Shown here piece by piece: positions 62,497 to 64,000 of a stretch of 64,000 nucleotides of DNA (position 1 is its first letter; every line of letters begins with the position of its first letter). This DNA comes from Dehalococcoidia bacterium (GTDB lineage Bacteria > Chloroflexota > Dehalococcoidia > Lucifugimonadales > UBA3495). Below the pieces are notes generated by a model that worked only from the letters and a program-made list of their open reading frames with translations, made no database searches and was not told where the DNA came from. The position numbers were made by a program, and so were the translations under genes. The DNA lies in assembly GCA_965232845.1 (NCBI GenBank), contig OZ247428.1:897511-961510 (forward strand). The letters are read 5' to 3'.

Positions 62497-63444
62497 CTAC
62501 TTCTTTCGGCCAATGGCCCTGAGGGCCGCCTCCTTGACCTTGTCAGGCGTCAGGCCGCACTTTACCATCAGTTCCTCTGCCTTGGCGGATTCGCTGTATC
62601 CCTGTAGAGCAACCATCTCCACCGGCACAGGGTAATTCTGTCCGATGGCCTGGGCAACTATGCTGCCCAGCCCGCCATGGAAATAATGCTCTTCTGCGGA
62701 CACCACCGCCCCCGTATCGCGGGCAGCGGCTACAATGGCCGCTTCGTCCACCGGCTTCAAAGTGTGAACATTGAGCACCCTGGCTTCCACCCCCTCGGCG
62801 GCGAGCATATCTGCCGCGTCGAGGCTCACTGACACCATAACGCCAGTGGCAACAATGGCTACGTCAGTGCCGGCCCGGATCTCTTCCGCCTTGCCCAGTT
62901 CAAACTTGTAGCTGTCATCGTGGACCACAGGCGTGGCTGCGCGTGAGAGACGAATATAGAATGGGCCCTTGGTGTCGGCGGCCGTCTTTATTGCTTGCAC
63001 GGTCTCAACAGTGTCGGCTGGTGATACTACCGTGAAACTGGGTAATGAACATATCAGCGACAGGTCTTCAATTCCATGGGCAGACATTCCGTCTTCTCCG
63101 GTCAATATGCCGGCATGGGTGCAGACCAGTTTGAGATTCAAGTTGGCCTGGGAAACCAAAACACGAAGCTGATCAAAGGGCCGGCCTACGCCAAATACAC
63201 TAAAGGTGCTCACGAAAGGAGTCTTACCACTGGCAGCAAACCCGGCGCCCACTCCAATAAGGTTCTGTTCCGCGGGCCCGAAATCAAAGAAACGCTCGGG
63301 ATACTTGTCTCGCCACAGGTGGGTAAAAACGGAGACATTCAGGTCACCGCCCAAAACCACTATGTCCGGGTAGGAATCGGCCATTTCCAAGAGCGTTTCT
63401 CCATAAGTTTGCCTTGTCGAGGCCATTTTCCTTTGCGCCACCAT
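62497..63444 (-). CDS. Transketolase, C-terminal (pyrimidine-binding + C-domain) subunit of a split enzyme
   Basis: 315 aa. TRQTYGETLLEMADSYPDIVVLGGDL...FFDFGPAEQNLIGVGAGFA... Confidence 0.88.
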   Translation of the reverse strand: MVAQRKMASTRQTYGETLLEMADSYPDIVVLGGDLNVSVFTHLWRDKYPERFFDFGPAEQNLIGVGAGFAASGKTPFVSTFSVFGVGRPFDQLRVLVSQANLNLKLVCTHAGILTGEDGMSAHGIEDLSLICSLPSFTVVSPADTVETVQAIKTAADTKGPFYIRLSRAATPVVHDDSYKFELGKAEEIRAGTDVAIVATGVMVSVSLDAADMLAAEGVEARVLNVHTLKPVDEAAIVAAARDTGAVVSAEEHYFHGGLGSIVAQAIGQNYPVPVEMVALQGYSESAKAEELMVKCGLTPDKVKEAALRAIGRKK

Positions 63445-64000
63445 TAGGCCAGTTCCTCCATAGCTTTCTCAAACTCGTCGGCGTTGGGAGCCCGGCCATG
63501 GAAGCCGGGGTTATTCTCCATGAAACTAACACCCTTGCCCTTGACCGTATGGGCGATGATCGCCGTAGGCTTGTTCCGCCGCCGGCGCGCCTTATCCAAT
63601 GTGGCAAGTAGCTGTTCCATGTCGTGACCGTCGGTCTCAAACACCCGCCAACCGAAATCCCGCCACTTGCGAGCAAGGGGTTCCAAACCCATAACCTGGT
63701 CCGTGAACCGGTCATTCTGGATGCGGTTCCGGTCCACTATGGCTACGAGATTGGTTGCCTGGTGATGGGAGGCAGACATGGCCGCTTCCCAGATTTCTCC
63801 CTCGTCGCATTCCCCGTCGCCCAGCAACGCGTAAACCATGTAATCCTTGCGGTCCAGGCGTGCTGCTAGTGCACAACCCAGCGCGAAGGAAAGCCCCATT
63901 CCCAGGGAGCCGGAGTTCATTTCGACACCCGGGGTCATAGGGTGAGCGTGACCCTGAATTCGGCTATTCAGTTGCCTGAAGGTTGCCAATTCCTCCCTAG
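63444..64000 (-). CDS. Transketolase, N-terminal (ThDP-binding) subunit; 5' end beyond the right window edge
   Basis: GHAHPMTPGVEMNSGSLGMGLSFALG...ALLGDGECDEGEIWEAAMSASHHQATNLVAIVDRNRIQ. Its stop overlaps the downstream start (ATGA at 63444). The frame stays open to 64000. Confidence 0.85.
   Translation of the reverse strand, partial: REELATFRQLNSRIQGHAHPMTPGVEMNSGSLGMGLSFALGCALAARLDRKDYMVYALLGDGECDEGEIWEAAMSASHHQATNLVAIVDRNRIQNDRFTDQVMGLEPLARKWRDFGWRVFETDGHDMEQLLATLDKARRRRNKPTAIIAHTVKGKGVSFMENNPGFHGRAPNADEFEKAMEELA

Noticed and set aside
62497-64000. The split transketolase considered as a gene-disruption event
   Set aside because: Two-subunit transketolases with ATGA-overlapped N- and C-terminal genes are a well-known normal arrangement.

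Overview
This is a roughly 55% GC bacterial chromosomal segment with dense coding. There is one tRNA, one IS element, no rRNA, no CRISPR array and no recognisable phage or defence genes. The gene content tentatively suggests a marine Chloroflexota (SAR202-like) organism: lipoprotein-anchored solute-binding proteins, a PspA/PspAA pair, and many paralogous ThDP, CoA-transferase, amidohydrolase, LLM and dioxygenase genes. That lineage call is inference only.

Layout:
- 1-8.6 kb: housekeeping genes (metG, polyprenyl synthase, lipA, gmk, prephenate dehydrogenase), plus a truncated ThDP enzyme and an amidohydrolase.
- 9.1-13.1 kb: an OpuA/ProU-type betaine ABC importer. Its binding protein carries a striking Val/Glu-repeat tether.
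- 13.2-14.6 kb: RraA-like and CMD-family genes.
- 14.72-15.95 kb: an IS630-family element with TA duplication and an A7 frameshift site.
- 16-41.6 kb: a regulator-free catabolic patchwork. It holds NHL/DUF1800, 2x CaiB CoA-transferase + MaoC + ThDP enzyme, LigB-type and gentisate dioxygenases, amidohydrolase, RidA, an M24 variant, PAC2, GMC oxidoreductase, a binding-fold gene with one in-frame TGA, ThDP enzyme, LLM, UDG, HpaB, MBL and NIPSNAP.
- 41.6-54.7 kb: the most unusual part. Carboxynorspermidine decarboxylase overlaps a DUF3326-like gene. Next comes a small-TM/PspA/PspAA operon, then a ~700 nt non-coding gap, then a divergent DUF4178 + double-DUF350 operon. A convergent operon follows, encoding a transglutaminase-like protein, a divergent SecA-family ATPase, a Ser/Arg-rich lipoprotein and an acidic unknown, all abutting tRNA-Pro(CGG).
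- 55-64 kb: TlpA-like thioredoxin, mfd, proBA and a split transketolase.

The best candidates for an undescribed system are the orphan SecA-paralogue operon and the polyamine/Psp membrane-stress neighbourhood. All family assignments come from motifs read by eye and need HMM or structure confirmation.
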